Shown: positions 60,801-64,000 of the stretch, piece after piece
How positions within the stretch are numbered: the stretch's first letter is position 1
How the letters are laid out: the number at the start of each line of letters is the position of its first letter
Assembly (NCBI GenBank): GCA_030704615.1
Contig: CM060732.1
Coordinates: 20,708,001-20,772,000, forward strand
Direction: 5' to 3'
Length of the DNA stretch: 64,000 nt
From: Takakia lepidozioides
Taxonomy: Eukaryota > Plantae > Bryophyta
The notes under the pieces: generated by a model
The model's input: only the letters and a program-made list of their open reading frames with translations
Told to the model about the DNA's origin: nothing
The model's database searches: none
Program-made: the position numbers and the translations under genes

Positions 60801-63800
60801 GAGAAATGGAGGAGTCTCTCATGGGGTAGGAGATGGAAGGAATTGCAAAGGAAAGGCAAGAGTGATCAAAATCCGGGTACCTCGTAATGTAAAAAGAGAT
60901 GACCCTATCAGTTGTGTTGGGGCTCCCCAAGAGATAGTCAACCACGCTCTGTCCTTTGTACATGTGGCAGGTGAACTGACTGGAGGATTTGTAGTTGGTG
61001 GTGCCATTGTAGATGACAAGCCCTTGAACCTCACAAAATTTGAGTAGATGGTGACCATAACTTGTGATTTCACCAGAGACATCCGCACTTTGCCTCTCCA
61101 AGGCCGTATGTGAGTGTTGAATGTATAGAGGGTCCGTGGGGTCGAAGGTTGGTGCCTGAGAGGATATCAAGAAGCCCTTGCGGATGGCTCCACAATGAGC
61201 CATTGCAGTTCCATGAGCCGATGTTCAGATGTTAGCGTGTGTTGGTCTCATGGGGCCCCAACCCTATTTAGTGTTAGAAGGGCGACGTTCCTGCTGTCAA
61301 ATGATGACCCTCCCATCTCTGTATGCATGCCCCTGTGCGCGAGCCTGCTTGACCTGAGAAAGTTGAGCCAGCATGGCATTGTATCGCATAGGAATCAAAT
61401 CATCATTGAGGTACATTCTCTGTCCTCTCAATTGAGGCCTCTGTCTAAGAACCCTATTCCGGGCACCTGTATCTTTGAATCTTATGAACAGGATCTTGTG
61501 CTTCGGAGTTTCTGCACGCCAAGCCCGTTCAATGCCACTCGCTCCCCATGGTAGAGCAAGGTTTTGTTGAATGAAGGTGGTGGCTGCGTCAAGAGGGTCT
61601 CCCTCTGCAAGGGTACCTAGTTGACCAGTGACCCGGATGTTCAGATCTTTGAAAGCCCGTTGCTGCTCCTCAAGTAAGGTGGCTCTCCGCTTTATGGTCC
61701 TTGAGCTCCTAAGCCATTGTAGACGTCGTTTCCTTGTGGGTCTCCACTTCCTTAGTGAGGTTTAGCACTTGCTGGTGAATACTCGCCGCGAGGGGCATCT
61801 CTGAAGCACGACTTTGCTCCATAGGACCAAGTTTGTCCTTCAGAGTCTTTTCTAAGTCGATTTTCAGTGCGCCTAGTTACTTTGGCCAAGCGACCTGAGA
61901 GGTCCTTCTCTGTGAGGGACCTCACTTCACCCTCAAGCTTAGAGATGCGAGTGTTGGTTGTCTTTATATTGAGCTGTTTCAACAGGCCATCAACTTGCTG
62001 TTGCTCTCCACGAGAGATGCCTGCAAGTTTGTGGTCTCCGTTCGCAGGTTCTCCATGTCATTGTCTCGGGCTGCAAGCAACTGCTGTAGTGTCTCCTCGG
62101 AGATGAATCAAAGAAAGAAAAAGAAACATCACATCTCTGGGAGACCAAGGGCCCAAGGTCCTTGCAATGTTGTGGGTGGAAGCGAGACATTCAACACGCT
62201 ACATTGAGGCCTAACAGAAGCTTTGGTTATTACAGCTCTAGCTACAGGCAGTCATGGCGCACTATGCGAGCTGCCAGCCTGTAGGGATGTCATCATTCCA
62301 TTGAATTCGAGAATATGATTCTCTTGAGCATGGTTAGTGGGGATTAGTTGGGTACGTTTTAACCCAATCCACTCATCGCTTACAATCTATAGTAGTGAGG
62401 GCTGTTGAATGAGTGGAATGTGCATGGCAGTTCAAGAGCTTGAAGACGCCCCAGGACTTGCCACCAACTCCATTGGTGGAAACAGCACCATCTGTGCTTC
62501 CGGACGATCCTGTGTGGAAGATCACTGACCCTGCTGTTGCCCTTGGCCTACTTGAGGTGAGTGCTCTCTTTCGCTTCTGCACACTCAGGCTAGCTTCTCA
62601 TTGGAAGACAGTTTTACAGCAGAAGTGATGCTCAATTTTCGTTTTGGTGGCTCTGTATGATGTGCAGAGAGAGCTAGAAGTGTCGCAAACCCACCCTGAT
62701 GGTGGTAAGCAGAAGCTTGAGCGCCTCTTGCAAAGAGAAGTGGAACAACAACAGCTGCAAACCCGTCTCAGGAAGTCATTACTGTGCAACCTTGCCAAGC
62801 GAGTGATAAACACGGTTGTTGACCCAATGCCTGCCCCCGCTGCAGTCCAGGTACTATAATCAGTATATGTATATTTGTTTCTGTTCAAAGTGCTAGAATG
62901 TACCCTTCTCTTACAGAAGTAAATTGTCTCAGCTCGTGTGGCAAGGGACACACATGAATTGTGCTTGCAGGAGGCACTACTTCAGATTCAGGAGGCACTA
63001 CATTGTTCTCTGATGCTAACAATTTAGGAACAGCGTGTCGATACACGGCGTGTCCAAGAAACTAGAGAAGATGTTTTTTGTAATGTCTGCAGATCCAACT
63101 TATCAAGGTCTGCAGGAGTGACCAAAATCAAAATTGTCTTTGTAACAATGTGTCCTCAGGTGCCACGAGAGATACCGCTGTTTCCTTGCACAACATCCAG
63201 AGTGGATGATCGGTCTGCAGGCTCGTTCAATAGCCTCCCCTATGAGTCAGGGAGTGCTGAAACGACTGAAGAAAACCCAGAAGGAGCGGAATGGCAACGT
63301 GAGTGGGAGCAAATGAGGGGTTCCACAGATTCAGATATCTCACAGGAACAGGGAAGGCCAGCTGGCACTGATTCAATCCCAGTGTTAGGGAGGGATACGG
63401 CATATGGAGGAGTTGGGGGAGGGGAAAGCGAGCCAGCCCTCAAACGGCCACGAAAGATGACCATCAGGCACGTACATGAATTGAGTCAGATTGTACTTTT
63501 CAGTTGCTCTTATTAATTGTCACCTCTCATTCGCCTTGCCAGGATGCCTCTAGGGTGTTATATGTTCCCACCTTACAAAACATCCTCAATTTCTTCCATA
63601 GTTAGTGACCTTATGTGTTGGATGTCATTGCTGTATTATGTCAGATATGTTTTGAAGAAATGCTGAATTTTGACGGATGCTGGATTGTGCTTTATCTTCC
63701 TTGTTCTAGGGCTGTCTCATTCTGATGGTCCAGGATATTTGACGAAGTGGCGGAAGGTCATTTAGCTTGAAGTAGTTACTTCCTGCACTTCCTGCACAGC

Positions 63801-64000
63801 ATTGCATACTGCAAGTGCTCAAATGACTGCTGGTACTGATGCAGTGTACATCCTTTGCTCTTGTTACCCTCTGGCAGACAAGGATCACTATGTATTGAGC
63901 TAGAGCGAGGTCCTGTTGTCGAAGTTAATACAAGTAGTCATGCGGTGCGGACGAGTGTTGAACAAGGAAGGGCCAAGCCTGTGAACAACTATGTGGGACT
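51883..64000 (+). CDS. Atypical MAPK-like (CMGC) Ser/Thr kinase with a C-terminal extension; probably continues beyond the window
   Basis: Exons give IGSGSYGDVC..VALK, RVPDVF..AKRVLREVCIMRRLSHP, DLYIATE, HSCHVWHR|DIKSEN..DFGLAR (to 54255), ..VRQYTKT (55361-55447)|VVTPSHRAPE (from 56173), WSVGCIF, QLDVIFDVIGTP, LLTRMLAFDPSRRCTADEALSH. Further exons at 62431-62556, 62668-62850 and from 63160. Confidence 0.9.
54420..55308 (-). mobile_element. Stack of co-oriented LINE 3' fragments (about 5 of family A, 2 of family B), several joined at (TC)n tracts, in a kinase intron
   Basis: Family A ends at ~54422, 54501, 54980 and 55219 plus an internal piece at 54775-54957; family B (CATTT)n ends at ~55040 and ~55155. 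Confidence 0.85.
58141..62105 (-). mobile_element. Decayed RTEX-like LINE (family B) in a kinase intron; RT core missing and replaced by another LINE fragment
   Basis: Coiled-coil ORF1 remnant (61750-62100), APE (GQSVVDYLL..DH), thumb region GCEFW, C-terminal SHNLRIETGRW..RLCPAC..ETEEHIFYCPLY, 3' UTR ending in (CATTT)n. 59240-60180 holds an unrelated APE-like piece (IDGFY..SDHY). Confidence 0.8.

Noticed and set aside
63450-63480. Second activation-loop-like RKMTIRHV in the kinase tail
   Set aside because: No surrounding kinase subdomains; probably coincidental, near an exon end.

Overview
Eukaryotic, intron-rich plant genomic DNA. The gene and TE content (RTEX-like LINEs, ZNF862-type hAT, piggyBac relic, algal-type atypical MAPK) suggests a non-seed land plant, but this is inference and the species cannot be determined. 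(1) 1-14.6 kb is a large, frameshifted Mutator-like element whose left end lies outside the window. It has a SWIM-MULE transposase on +, a convergent multi-exon gene ending in a Ulp1/C48 SUMO-protease domain on -, and non-coding DNA saturated with one 8-bp motif (GGGTTACA/TGTAACCC), ending in a 2.5-kb G-rich satellite and a 26-bp terminus that recurs exactly at 49.3 kb. This resembles the VANDAL/VANC anti-silencing architecture and is the best candidate for an undescribed system. (2) 14.6-23.4 kb holds DNA-transposon debris: hAT, piggyBac, palindromic arrays and a MITE-like hairpin. (3) 24.3-45.4 kb holds two co-oriented half-size ABCG genes, one with canonical and one with degenerate NBD motifs. 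The second carries a full-length 4.8-kb RTEX-like LINE (14-bp TSD, hairpin-rich 5' UTR, no poly-A) in an intron. (4) 51.9-64 kb is an atypical MAPK-like kinase (T-K-T instead of T-x-Y). Its introns hold a stack of LINE 3' ends inserted at (TC)n tracts and a second decayed LINE. A degenerate HDV-ribozyme-like fold lies at about 34.0 kb. All calls are by-eye readings without database searches.
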